From Chrysomallon squamiferum (lineage: Eukaryota > Animalia > Mollusca), in assembly GCA_012295275.1 (NCBI GenBank), contig CM022675.1, positions 15,066,001-15,130,000 of the forward strand: a stretch of 64,000 nucleotides of DNA, read 5' to 3'. The notes beneath the pieces are model-generated. The model saw only the letters and a program-made list of their open reading frames with translations. It was not told the DNA's origin and searched no databases. Shown piece by piece: positions 26,291 through 40,655 of the stretch; position 1 is the first letter of the stretch, and each line of letters begins with the position of its first letter. Position numbers and translations under genes: made by a program.

Positions 26291-29200
26291 AACTTCAAAG
26301 GCTTCTCATAAAGAATATCTCCAAGATCCTTCTCCTAAAGCAATACATATACTCTAGTTAGCGATAGATTTACGTGATACTCACTAAATAACCGAAAGGA
26401 CGGACCCATGCATTCTTGCGTTGATAAATCGCAGAATTTACATCTTGAATTCTTTCTCAGCTGTCATAACTCTTGTCTTTAGCCTAACCAAATCACTTTG
26501 AGCTCGCATGGATAGTGAAATTTAGTGTTTTCGAGTTAAAGTTGAAACTGATAACACTTTGTTAATCATGGAGATACTCTCTCAACATTCCCATCCATTT
26601 AGTAATTCCTACCAACCCTGTAATAGTCCTGGTAAGGCAAAATCTAAACCTGTCAACTTTAAAATAATGCTCAGAATCTACAGACATTCTGCATTTAAAA
26701 TTCCTTTCCAGTATGTAATAAAAATTATATAAATATTTAGATACTGACGATTACTAGTTAACTGAATGGAATTGTATTCTGCATAACATGCGAAACAAAA
26801 AGTAATTATAGCTAAGTTGTTTTAAAAAAAACACCCACAAAACAACCTTTGAAATCATAAGATATTTGTATTTTAAACAGTGAACGATGAAAATGTTATT
26901 AGTAGACAAAGGTTTTGGTTAAGGTTAGGCATTTGCTCTTGCTTTTGTCAACCTGTTATGGACATTTTTTCCCATTATAATCTGAACGAAGGATAATACT
27001 AACAAATCAGAAAATGTCGAGAAATAACATTTTATTTACGATATTTGTATAATCAAAAAAAAAAAAAAAAAGAAAAAAGAAGAAAAAAGTTATAACCCTA
27101 GATTCATCGGGTATTAATTGTCGCATGACGCTGTTGACAACAGTTACATATGTAATAATAATCCTCTTCTTGGGATGTCATCACGTGGTCACAGACATCT
27201 TGCAGTGTGTAAATGTTGTGTACCTTGTGCGCACGTCCTCGTCGCCTCACTCAGTTTGTTTGCAAGGACATCAGTTCAGTTATGCCTTCAAAGAATGCAC
27301 CCCACTGCGTTGCGCCATCTTGTGGAAATCTCAGCGACACATATCCGACAACAGCAACCTGGCAACACGACGTACGGCAGACAAGAGAATTCTGTTGGGC
27401 GCCATTTATCTTGTCAACTTTGATAACGTCACACATACCAAAGATGTAAAAACATGGCTGATGGGCTAATAGTTTGGGCAGGCCTGTCTGCTGACAAAGG
27501 AAGCTGCTTTGTGTTTTCTACATTGATGGGCCTACAACATCAAAACAAATTAGGTTAGCTGTCTAGCAGTATGGTAAACTGGGGTTGATGTTGTTTTGCC
27601 AATAGATTCTGTTTCACCTTTGTTTATTGTTCAGATAACTTTACTAGACGTAGTCCGATCAGTTGGTACACTAATTACAACTCATCATATTACAACTTAC
27701 TGCGTGTTTCAAATACCCTTACTCTTTAATGTCAGCAATATTCCGGTGGTCATTTGGCATTGTCGACTATCTTTGATTGTTAATAATAAATGTTATCTTT
27801 CACAGGCGCATAAGTTACTTTCTTTCTAATATTAATAAAAAGATAGATAAAAGCTGAATGAAGCACATACATGCAAGTGATGAATATGCTGTACGAGTAT
27901 ATTAGTGAATGGTTTGTTTCTTTTATTTCTTTTTTTCAAGCAAGTCAAAAATCATTGGCTACCCACAGATTATGTATATATAAAGAGAATAATTTATAGA
28001 AATACCATATCACATGTAAAATAAAGGAAACAATAATTTAATTAGAAAGTAGTCGCAAAACATTTAGACACAATTTGAGAAGTAGCTTGTCTTCCATTAA
28101 ACGGTTCTACACACTACACAAACAAAAGTGACTGATCAGTTATCTGAATATTAGTTCCAACTCGCAAAAATGAGACAAAAGCTTATCAGTGGTGGTATGC
28201 TAACTACATTATCTTAATAGAAATTTGAAAATGTTTAGACAGTCCGTTAAGACTCTCTTCTTACAGAACTGAGCTACGAGTTGTAGAGGTCAAATTGCAC
28301 ATCAGCGTTGTCACGCAATTCTACTGCAGTCATCTTTTAAACTTTGAACTAACTAGTTTTATTTTTTTTAAATATTATTGTATTGCACATTTCTGTTTTA
28401 AACAAAACCCTGACAGATCCTGGAATACAAATACATGCTGCATACAAATACTGAATATATCACTTTAACATGTAATAAAATACTTTTTCAAATATTCTGA
28501 CTTTGAAAAGTAATTTAGTAAACGTTAAGTGAAAAAATCCTAATACATAATTTAAGGTTGGCCCGACTGAACACACTGTGTTTTGTTGAGTTAAATAATT
28601 AAAGAAATTAAGTACTAGATCCAGTTAAATTAAAAACTAAACGTTGTATCAACGTTATCATTTTTTTCTTTCGCCGTATGTTTGTATGTCTAACAATAAA
28701 ATCATAATGTCAGAGAATTAAATTTAAGTCATTATATGTCTTGTAAACGTATTTGTTGTTAATTAATAATTAAAAATATGAATTCATCATAATTTTAGTA
28801 CTGTCTCGTAAGATGTAGATGCTGTTTTTCATTGAAAAGACAAAATGCGTATTTCTAGCAAGGTTGTTCATCAAACAATGACCCCTTTTACCAGAAATGT
28901 AATCTCAGCGGGGCCAGTGTAAGGGAACAATATGTCATTTTGCCTGTAACACTAAGCAATTGTACACAGATGAGGTTGCGTTGAAAAGAAAGCCTCATGC
29001 CTAGTTTCACAAAGGCTAATTGGAAGCGCCTGACTCATCTAAAAGATTTAGTAAAGATCGCTCCAGTCTTTGTTACATAGCAGAGAATTGTCTAACTCCA
29101 CACAACAGAGTGGCTCGCTCTGTCCACTCTTCAGATCTTATCGATCAGCGCTGAAACCAATACTTAAATAACGGTAGTGTTGTAGCCAAATGTCCTCGTT

Positions 29201-31116
29201 GGGAATAGTTCTCCCATTTTTGTCAATTTCCAGCATACACGCCACTGTTTGGCAACTGTGTGTTTGATAATGAAATATATATTTGAATGAAACCACTGTT
29301 AGTTTTATCAATGAACACGACATTCGCACGCATATTGTTCACATCCAGATCTGACAACATCATCAATACTTTTCAGAGTTTTGAGCTTCCCGTTAAGTAC
29401 TGATAATACCTATGACGTGGCATCTGGGTCCCCTCTGTAGCTATGTCTTTTTCCAGCTGCACGAAAATTCTTGCGATATATCTGTATTGTTAGCCAGCAT
29501 CATTCTTATGGAAAAAATAATTTTCGGAAACACTAAACAGAAATATTTATTTTAAGTATTTCCTTGAAAATAAAACTTGACTTTAGATTTGTAGTAAATT
29601 TTATACTTGTAGTCCCAGAAACATACAAATATAAACCGCTTGCACTCAGAACAACAACAACAAAAAAACCCCAAAACCCCCCTAAAAAAACGTACAGTTA
29701 TACGTTGCATGTACACAATAAAATCAAACAAACAAAAACATACAAATGCGTTGTATTCACACAAAAAGTAGCCACTAGAATATGACCATTAAATTTTGAT
29801 TTATTAAGCCGCTATGAAGAAACTACAGAAATCTGACAGTGTTCACATTTGTACGTTCTTTGCTAGGCAAATTAATTACTGATATAACAAGACATGCCAA
29901 TTCAGTAGTGTAAGATTAGGATAAAGAATACGATAAAAATGTCAAAACGATAACGGTTCAAGTCTGAGGAATGAATGTTGAAGGTATTGGGTTACGTAAG
30001 TTCACTAAAACATATCAGTTTTTATTACATGCCGGTAATATTATATCTACATCAACTAGCAGTCCACGACAGAGCGCTTTATAGAGTGAAAGTTTTTATT
30101 TTACCAGAATAATCAAAGAAATCCTTTCTTGCGCCTTTTGTAATTAAGATATATGAGGAAAATAAAAAAAATAAAATAAAAATTGTATATTTTCAAATAC
30201 AACTTTGAAGCGCGAAGAATCTCCTGGTAAACCATTAATTACATTTTTATTTAAACCATATTATTTGCACTAACACTTTAAATGGATGTTTCTTTCTGAT
30301 TAGTAGCAAAATAAATTTCTTTCTTACAATTATATAACTGTGTGTAGGGATCAATTTAACATAATAAAATTTGTTTCCATGTTTCATTTGTAACTGACTA
30401 GTATTTCATTGAGAAAGTATAGTAGTATATAAAGTGACAGAGAAGTATAACATGACGCTGTTGACATCATACGTACTAACCCTGATGGGTCCATGCTCTG
30501 CTGCTAGTATATGGTTAGTGACTGTAAACTGGCGCCCATAACGTAAAGACTTAACGTAGTTTTATCGTCTTTGTATCGCGGTAGGCGGAGCGAGATTTTA
30601 ATACATGAAAACATTTCTTTGTAAATTACACACTGCTTTGACGTGGTAGGCGTTATAATCGCATATACCACCAGGACACTAAGTAGGGAGCAAACGGCCG
30701 ATTCGCGCTTATTAAAGCTTTTTTGTGAAACGCTTATTTCCTCAAAGACCGACCTGACAGTTCATAAGTGGTCTTCGTAGACATCTTTTGTCCTTCTCTC
30801 GTAACCTTTAACCTTTTTGTCCTATTACAATGATTCATTGACTTTTCATTTTCATTTTGAAACTGTTTAAATTTGTCATAATAAACCTGAAAATACCGTT
30901 CATCATTGAACTCTCTGGCGCGGAAAATTACACAGATGTATAATAAATATCGGGCAAAAAAATAGAGCGTTTAAGATACTGACTTATTTCTACTTTTTTC
31001 TACAGATTTGCAGTATTAAAAGTATCCAGCTCCCAGAATTTGAAAATTATTAATTCTTATAATTTATGCAGTATCCTACTTCTTACAGAAATAAACAGAA
31101 AATAAATGCTGTGAAT

Positions 31117-31494
31117 AAATATGAGTTACATATTATTGTTTGTTTAAATATGAGTTGTATGTAACTGTTGTATTTAAAAATGAGTTGTGTGTAATTGTTG
31201 TATTTAAAAATGAGTTGTGTGTAATTGTTTAAAAAATGAATTGTATGTAACTGATGAGTTTAAATGTGAGTTATATGTACTTGTTTATTTAGATATGAGT
31301 TATATGTAATTGTTTGTTTAAATATGAGTTGTTTAACTGATGTGTTTAAGTATGAGTTGTTTAACTGATGTGTTTAAGTATGAGTTGTTTAACTGATGTG
31401 TTTAAGTATGAGTTGTTTAACTGATGTGTTTAAGTATGAGTTGTTTAACTGATGTGTTTAAGTATGAGTTGTTTAACTGATGTGTTTAAGTATG
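31117..31494. repeat. 28-30-bp minisatellite (tatgagttgtttaactgatgtgtttaag)
   Basis: Degenerate 30-bp units followed by about 6 identical 28-bp units. Confidence 0.93.
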
Positions 31495-31819
31495 CTGATT
31501 CGAGGAGTGGGGTTAGTGCAGACAATCGTGTTACTAGTGTGATATCAGTCTGACTCACACTCTTAATCTCAACACCTAGCTGAAAATACGTTTTAAGTGT
31601 TACTTCCTGCACACTGTCTGCTATTCACTGCTTGTATGTTTGTTTTTTGTTTTGTTTTTGTTTTTTCAGTTTTTATGAGATACTTGTAATATACTGAGGA
31701 AGAAATAAATTATAAGAAAATAAATAATTCCACATAGATCTGTAAAGCATTTTGTTTGATAAAATTAAATGATGATTTTGAAAAGCATTTGTACAAAAAT
31801 ATGAAACAATTATCTACAA

Positions 31820-31854
<35 letters not shown>

Positions 31855-34800
31855 GTGAGTGAGTGAATAAATAAATAAATAAATGAGTGAGTGAATAAAT
31901 AAATAAGTGAGTGAGTGAATAAATAAATAAATAAGTGAGTGAGTGAATAAATAAATAAATAAATAAATAAATAAAAGGTGTGAAGTGGAGAACAAGGTGC
32001 ACTGACAATAAGTAGTTTTAGAAAAGTGCACGGACGTGCAGTGTTAGGTCTGCAAAGCGTCAATAGACGGGTCTTTGTCGCCAGTCGTATCATAATATCA
32101 TAGGTAGAGAACGCTTGAGCGAGTGCGATTTGACTGGTTCTGCGTCGTAGTGGCTTACACACCTGTGACAGGACCCGTATAATTTCCATGCGTCTTTAGT
32201 GTGACAGAGCGGCAGGAAACGTAAAACCATTCTAAACTTCAAACTGGGATTGTTTTTATTCTGTTGGACTTTGGTTTAAAAGAAATAACTAGAGATAACG
32301 TTTTTTCCGAAACTGTTGTGATACTTGTTGAGGATTATTTAGTAAGGTAGGTAGAAATTTGCGTTACTTAAACAGTATACATTTTTAAAGGAAAAAGTAA
32401 AAATATACATATATTTAGTTCATTTACTAGACATAATTATGGATTACGTTCATGCTATAAAGGGTGGATTTGTTAAGAAACATAAACAAATCGTGTGTTT
32501 CCTTTTTCGTTACATCAGAAAAATAACAACGGTCTATAATAAAATATACGTAAGCTTAAGAATTAGTTTAACAGTTATGTTATTCACTTACTGCGAGCAC
32601 AAACTGTACATTCTCTTTTATATTTCGTCTTCTTTGTTTGTCCGTCATAAAATGAGTAACTGAGATAATCATCCTGCAGAAAGCTAATATCATTAGCACA
32701 TTGTAGTCAGATGGTAAATTGAACTGATTCAAACTGTCAGTTAGCTGATTCAGACAGTATGCTAATGAATACAGATTCTAAATTTCATATTAACTAGTAT
32801 AGATTATAAACTACGTATTAACCGAACCATATTTTAAGATGTGCCTAAGCTGATGCAGGCTGTAAACTACTTATAAACTGATGCAGATTGTAATTTACTA
32901 TTACATGAACCATATTTAAGCTGTGCTTTAACTGATGCTGTTTGTGAATTGTGTGTTAATTGATACAGTTATAAGCTGCGTATTAACTAATTTCTTAACA
33001 CTACTCACAGTGTGTAAACTGATTTATCCTCGGATTAGTTCTAAAACTTCATAGCTTGCTGTGAAAATTAAAACATGAGTAAGATATATTTACTTGTCTA
33101 TGCAGCAGGAATATAAATCACACATTTTCACTCGTTAGTTGTAGTGTCTAAATTTTTGTTCAAATTACTTTATTATAGTTTTTAAAATAATAACATTAAA
33201 ATAATAATAATAATAAAAAAAAATTAAAAATTAAAAATAAACAAAACAAAAATACAAAAAATTAAATAAAATAAAATAATAATAATGAAAATCGGTTCTC
33301 AAATCCTATATTTGTATCCTTTTAAAGGCTTGTTCTTAGCCATTCCCAGACCGTTCTCAACATTCTTAAATTGTTTTATTTTGAATTATTGTGATTTAAA
33401 GTTGTTTTTTTTCTTTTGAAAATCGTGCAGTCACCAATTTGATATTTTAATATAGTTATAACAAAACTTCTTCAGAAAACATTATTATTATTTTTTTTTT
33501 TTTGCAATAGTAAAAATAAAAGTAATGATAAAAAAGAAAATACAGATAAATTAATAAATAAATTAACAACAAGAGCAACAACAACAACAATTAATAATAA
33601 TAATAATAATATTAATAATAATAATAATAACAAATAAATAAAACAAATAAATAAATAAAATAGTAAGAAAGAACAAATTAGTTCGCTATTTGACAAAATT
33701 AAATCGTTTGTAATATTAATAGATATGTCTAATGTATTAAAATTTAGATTGTAATGTTTTGTTTTTTCCCTCTACCTAGTAACAATTATGAACAAAATTT
33801 AAAGGAAATTAGATTAACATAAACTAAGCTTTCACTAAAATGAAATCAAAGATCTATTTAAAATCATTATGCAGGTACTACTTTATATGAACATCATAAA
33901 TAACCGTGTTCGCTTGAAAACTCAGCAGTAGTACACACAGCGTGCCGTGCGAGCTACTTGCTTCTGTTACTTAACGAAACAAAAACGAAGTATTATCGTG
34001 CACTGATTGGTAGTAATTATGTTGTGAGACGCTGTATGAAGGAAACTGTGGAAACGTATCAGTTTCAGCATGTGTTGCGTGTCAGCACACTCAGATTTAA
34101 TGCACTTTTGAACATTCAAGGATCAGGACTTTTTTCCGGGTAACGTAAACTGTCTGCAGTCAGCTGTGTGCATAACTAAATAGTGTAAGTGAATATAGTG
34201 AAAATGAACACAGTGAACATAGCGAAAGTGAACGTAGAATAAGTGGACATGTACAAGTGAATTTAGAGTAAGTGAACACAGTGAAAATGAACACGGTGTA
34301 AATGAACGTAACTCGTATGAATAGATAACAGTCTAAGTGAACGTAGTGTAGTGTAAGCAAAAAACTGACAAATATTTTAATACTTTCATCATATCTGAAT
34401 ACTACATTTATATTTCTAGTACTTGTATGAATGATATTATTTACAACAGCAATAACAGTAGTACTAGTAGCGGTAGTAACAGTAGTAGAAGTAGTAGCTA
34501 TGATGTTGATGGTGATAACAGAGAGTAAATTTAAACGCAGATAAAACTACGATGACATCTATAGAAAACCAAGCCTAGAGAAGATAAAGTTGATCTTTTA
34601 AGCCTTGTGACGGATCCCTCTCTCTTTGATATACATGACAAAGTGACTGGGGGTCAGACTAGGTCATACAAACTGATTACGTCACGTTGTCATATACATA
34701 AAGCAAACCACAGGAATGTATTAAGCTGTAACATTCAAAAAACACATTAGTCATTTGTTCCTCTATAATATACCACTTCTCTTTTTCTTTCTTAAAATAT

Positions 34801-35257
34801 TTCCTATCAAGAATATGCGTAATTCCTATAAGTTTTATATATATTATGGACAGTAATTAAGATATAACCATACAGGGTAGCATAACTGAAAAAGTAAAAT
34901 ATTACTGATTTAAAAATACTTTTAAAAAGAACTTGTAAATTAAATATCCATTTGTATAAATGAGCCAAAGAGTATACACATTTCCTAATATATAAACCAG
35001 AATATATTTCATTCCCTATTATATGTTTGTGTATGTCTTTCTTTCTCTCTCTCTCTCTCCGCATCTCCGTATTTATATATACATACATATGTATGTATGT
35101 ATATAGATTTTTTCACATAATGCGTTACAAATAATATTTTATAAGCAAGTGGAGAGTTTTTATTTAATAATTGTTCCTTTCTTTCTCAGTAACACTATTA
35201 TTTTCAGGTGTTTTTTTTAGTTAATCAGTGAATCATTATTAAATCAAAACGTTGACA

Positions 35258-35294
<37 letters not shown>

Positions 35295-36267
35295 GACGAT
35301 TATAAATTATAAAATTTCAGCTAGTTGACTTAGACAATTAATTAAAATATTGCAACAAGCTTAATAACATTCTTAAATCGTTAGATTCTTTTCTAAATAT
35401 TAGCGATGTATTTTATTGTTTGAGACTTAAGTAAATATTACCGATAGTTTTTAATTTTTGATATATTTGTAAATATTACTGACATATTTTAATGTTTGTT
35501 AGATTTGTAAATATTACCGGTAATTTATAGTCTCTGATACATTTATCAGTATTACTGATTGTTTTTAATCTTTTGATATATTTCTATTTTTATTTTATAT
35601 TCAAAGCTCAAATATGGGAGACATACTTACATTAGTAATTATAAATTACACATGCTACCTGTGTGTCCTACAGGTTCAGTAATTTATTGACATGATACCG
35701 CAGTAAACTTTTAATAACAGTTTATATCTGGCGTGCAATGTATGAAGTAATGAAACACGCACTATTTAAATATATGAAGGACTTACTAATGGTGTTTGAC
35801 AGTTAGGTGTAATTATATAAACTTATTTTTCTCAGAAACAACGCTTGTGTTTTTGTAAAATCTTGTATATGCAAATTACCATAATCATGAAACATACATA
35901 TGGTTGGTTGTATGTTTGTGAATGTGTCTACATCTGTTTGGCTGTATGTGTCTCTCTGTCTCTCTATTTATCCATCTACCAGTCCGTCCATCACTGACTA
36001 GTGCTATTACCAAAATAATGCATTTTATATGATATACAAATATATGTCTTCTTTCAATACTGAAGGTGAGTGAACTTACAATTTTAGGAAAACATTTCTT
36101 CTGTATGTTACGTATATCATTAATAGTAAATAAGCAACAGCAAGAACAGAAAAAAAAAAAAAAAATAAAATAAAATAAAATAAAATAAAATAAAATAAAA
36201 TAAAATAAAATAAAATAAAATAAATAAATAAACAAAGAACATACTTTGTAGTAAATATTAAACATAA

Positions 36268-36313
<46 letters not shown>

Positions 36314-38436
36314 ATTTACTCGTAATGTATTCTAATACTTCTATTGGTAATTGCTGTGATGTAAGGCAAAACATCCTGTATTTTTATCAAAAGATTAAAC
36401 ACACTCAGTATTTTGCAAAAATCAGATGATATATATTTAATTTTATTGTAGTTATTGTTGTTATTATTATTATTATTAATATTATTCACGATTCAGACTT
36501 GAATTTATTTTATGTAATATAATTACAAAAACCCAGTATTCACACCCAATGTCTCTTCCTTTGTCTCTCAAAAACAAACATTCTTTCTTTGTCCATCTTT
36601 CCTCAATTTCTTCATTCTTCTGTCTATTCTACTAATATTTGTAATGAGAATAATGTTTATTTCCGTACAGACAAATTGTTTTCAATGTCTGGAATATTAA
36701 CAAATTTAACTATCTACTGACAGCAGCTCTCAGCGAACATTTTAGATGAAATATTTGCTATTTTAATCTGTCACATCTTTCCTGAGGCACAACAAACACT
36801 CGTGCATGACTAATTTTACAGGTTTTCATATTAGCCAATGAGTAAATGATCGTAAAATGATAAGAAAATGATGAACAACTAATAATAAATAAATGACACT
36901 GTTCTAGTCAAACTGTTATCAATTAGCTGTTTTAATCAGATCGACTGCCGTCCTGTGATTCAGGATGTTGTAAATTAACAATAAACAAAAGCTTTTCCTC
37001 CTGAACTCTCACTAATTAGAAACAAAAAAAACTATGACGATTACATAATTGCGTTTGACACTTAAACCTTAGAAGAGTGTTGTTCAGCAGGTAAAGAATA
37101 TTGGTTCTTAGACAGACATTTATGGCCTTTCTAAGATGGGCATATCTAAGACATATTCAAAATTTGGACACGAAAATGTACATTATTCCTAGCAAAGTGA
37201 TTAGAATTTTGTGAACAAGCACATTATATAACCTTCTTTTAACATTATATTTTGTAGAATAACAAATTATTAGGATAAAATTCAATAAAATTATATCTTT
37301 AATTATATTTATGAAGTTATTTTCATTAAAAGTTTGGCTATTTTGATTTTTTAATGCATATTATTGTAAAAAGTATAGAAAAATTAAAAAGGATAGCACA
37401 GGTAGAATTGTAAACATTCTGTTTTTTGAAGTGACAACATTTATGAAAAAAATGTAATATAGATATATTTGGTATTAAACTGATAATAAACGCACGCTGT
37501 ACTGTGATTAAATTCAGTCTGTACAACTACTTTTGGAGAAAAATCATTGTTATTTCAGATTTTCATTTTACATCTCATATCTCTCCTATCCGTAATAAAA
37601 ATAATTTAGTAATCGGAATGTTTTTGTCTTTATTTTATTTATTTATTTATTAATATTTTTGTTTTGTTTTATTTTATTTTATTTTATTTTATTTTATTTT
37701 TTTTTGGGAGGGAGATACAAATAGCAAAGTGTTAAAACTGTATCAAATTAAGAAGGTTTTCAGTGAAGTTGCACTAGTTTCTGGACTGTAATTCTGTTTG
37801 ATTTAGAAAAATAAAATAAAAATGGTGAAATATGAATTATTTTAGTTCACGTACAAGAACAAAGCTCCAGACATGGAAACGGACGTGAGGTATAAGTGAC
37901 GTCCCAGCAGACAACAGATAAGTGTTTTGGTTCACATATATTTTCAGCGAGTTAGAAAACAATGATGAAATTGAAACTTGGACACGACAATCTTAGAATA
38001 GAGTACTCTTTTGAAATATTACTTTCTCACAAGGGAATAATCACTGGCGATTAGCAAATGTTAAAGCTATTTTTATTTTTTACAGAATCTCGATAGATAT
38101 ATAGATATTGCAAGAGAAGTAATAATTATAAATAATGATTACAATAATTCTGAAGAAAACGTTGTTAAACTTCACATGCACTGATGTAGTGTAGAACAAA
38201 TGAAAGATAAAATATATTTTATTTCTATCTAATAATTTTAGCAAAACCTTTTTAAAAAGATGAAGATTTCCACGAAGAAAAATGAAAACATTTTATACGA
38301 GGGTATATTTTTTCGATCAGTCTTTAAATAGAAACAAATATTAATAATAATTTTTAAAAATTATGAAAATTCTTTTGGGGTAGTATATTAACTGAATTAG
38401 GCAATTATTATAACGATATATTATACATACATGCAC

Positions 38437-38538
<102 letters not shown>

Positions 38539-40550
38539 GCAGTATTCATATGTGAGAACTTTACATGTCATAGATAGTTTTTTTGTTGTGACCGCAGACG
38601 ATTTGAACGAAGATAATAAACTTAGTCAACTCATGAATGCTAATTGCGATGTAGGAATTTCACACAAGTGGAAAGACAATATGCGACATTTTTGTCTTAC
38701 TAACATATTTTGTGGCAGTCTGCTGGATGACATAATTCGGTGGAAAAAGAGGTATTTAAAAGTTTGAGAGTTCTGCTTCAGTGAGTTGTAATGTGATTCA
38801 TACAATTGAATGGGCACTTGAGAAAATTAGTTCGTCTATGCTTTGCATGAGGTGTAGGTCTCTATTCATGATGCGTTATGATGTCGCTCTCGTCGTGGCG
38901 CGGGACACAAACGAGCTGATAGGCTCACAGATATATTTTCCAAGAGCCAGAGTAGGGATCCATTCTGCGATCACTTTCCATTGTGTCTGTTTTGTAGCTT
39001 TACAACAATACCTTATAAAAACAGCTAGGAGTTGTTACCCGATCTATGTAAAAATATCACTGAAAATAATTGGTTAGAAAAAATGTCTTTGTTGAGAATG
39101 TTAAACCAAGCCGAGCGCTCTGTTTCATTTACAGTTATTAGCAAATGTGCATTGTAACATCAATACAACTAACTGCATTGTGGGATTCTTCTTTTTTCTT
39201 TCATCATTATCATCATCTTTTTCTTCTTCTTCTTCTTCTCAGTGTTATTGTTATTGTTGTTGTTGCTGTTGTAGAGGAACCAATTCTAAATGTTCTACCT
39301 TAAATGAACATTTTAAAGAGATTAAGAGTTGAAATGGTGTGTAGTAAATACATTATATTTCTGTCATGAATAAATATCTTTAATTTATGAGTGATTTTTG
39401 AGCTCAAGGACCAACACAGAGAAAAACAGCTTAACGTAAGACTTTCTTCCCGGCCCACTGCGAGGTGTGGGTAACAGACCCACTGTGAGTCGTGCAGCGA
39501 TTCACCTCAACTATTTTTTCTCATAACTTGGGACACGTTTAACGGTTATTAAACTCAAATTCCGTTATTGTATTGTTTGTTACCTGACACTTGTAATTAG
39601 TGGGGTTACCGTACTCACGGAAAAAGCTAACTGCTTCCCAGGAAAACCAGTCTTGCTTTAATTTTTCAATATTTTTCAGAATTACTCGCACTAATAGGTT
39701 CTTGCCACATTGTGACCTGCAGTTAGACAGAAGCCTTTCAGAAACGTTCAAGTTCTGAAGTCAAAGACTCGTGTTAGTGTTACAAAAGGCACTTACGAAA
39801 TTGCTGTAGTGGCTGTTTATACAAGTGAACTGTTCTCACAATACTGAAAGAGTAAAACAGTTTAATGTTTGCAAGAAATCAACATCAGTGCAGTAAGTAC
39901 AGACTACATTGTCTAGTGCAAGTTGATCCAGTCACAACTTGATACTGCCTGTTGTCACGCTATTACTAGATATCATTAAGCAATTGATTTATTCACACCA
40001 TAGCATTAACACCTAACTGACCATAACATCGAGTTTAACATGATCATTCGTCAAAACCCAGTTATATCAAATTGGAAACATCAACATCCGATGGTTATAA
40101 AAAGATGTTTAATACAACAAGACCCTAGATACCTTCCAGTGATAATTCTAGTTGATTATGGAGAAAGAAGAGTGAAATCCTCATAGTTATCCTCTACCCT
40201 TGAGATAAAAAAATCACGACTTTCAAATCCTTTCATATTTAGTCTCTCCAATGCAGTGACTTCAGCTAAAAACAGTTATATGTAAAACGTACAAATATAT
40301 TAACCTATTTGTGTAAATACATTTATATGTAAAACGTAGTAGTATATTAACCTGTTTGTGTACATATCTGGTAGCACTAACAAATTAGGACTAAATAAAA
40401 TCCTGAAATATCAGGTCACATTTTCGTTTCTCTTACATCACGAATATTTTACACGTAATAAAATATATAAATATAAAGCAAGTAGTACTTGGTTATTTAT
40501 GCTTTATAAATTAAGTAAAAGTTGATAATACTGTCCGTAGTACTACTAAT

Positions 40551-40655
40551 ATTTTACAGCTTATTTATAATAGTTATTTTACAGCTTATTTCTAATAGTT
40601 ATTTTACAGCTTATTTCTAATAGTTATTTTACAGCTTATTTATAATAGTTATTTT
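40551..40655. repeat. 25-bp tandem repeat, about 4 copies (attttacagcttattt[a/c]taatagtt)
   Basis: Directly visible. Confidence 0.9.

Noticed and set aside
27118-27469. 114-aa ORF with a signal-like N-terminus
   Set aside because: Overlapping ORFs are open in several frames and no domain is recognisable. It contains gcgccatcttg and ctggcaac motifs typical of repeats and shares catgacgctgttgaca with 30451.
38598-38751. Exon-like segment (acceptor ...accgcag, open frame, donor gtattt)
   Set aside because: No recognisable homology and no partner exons found.
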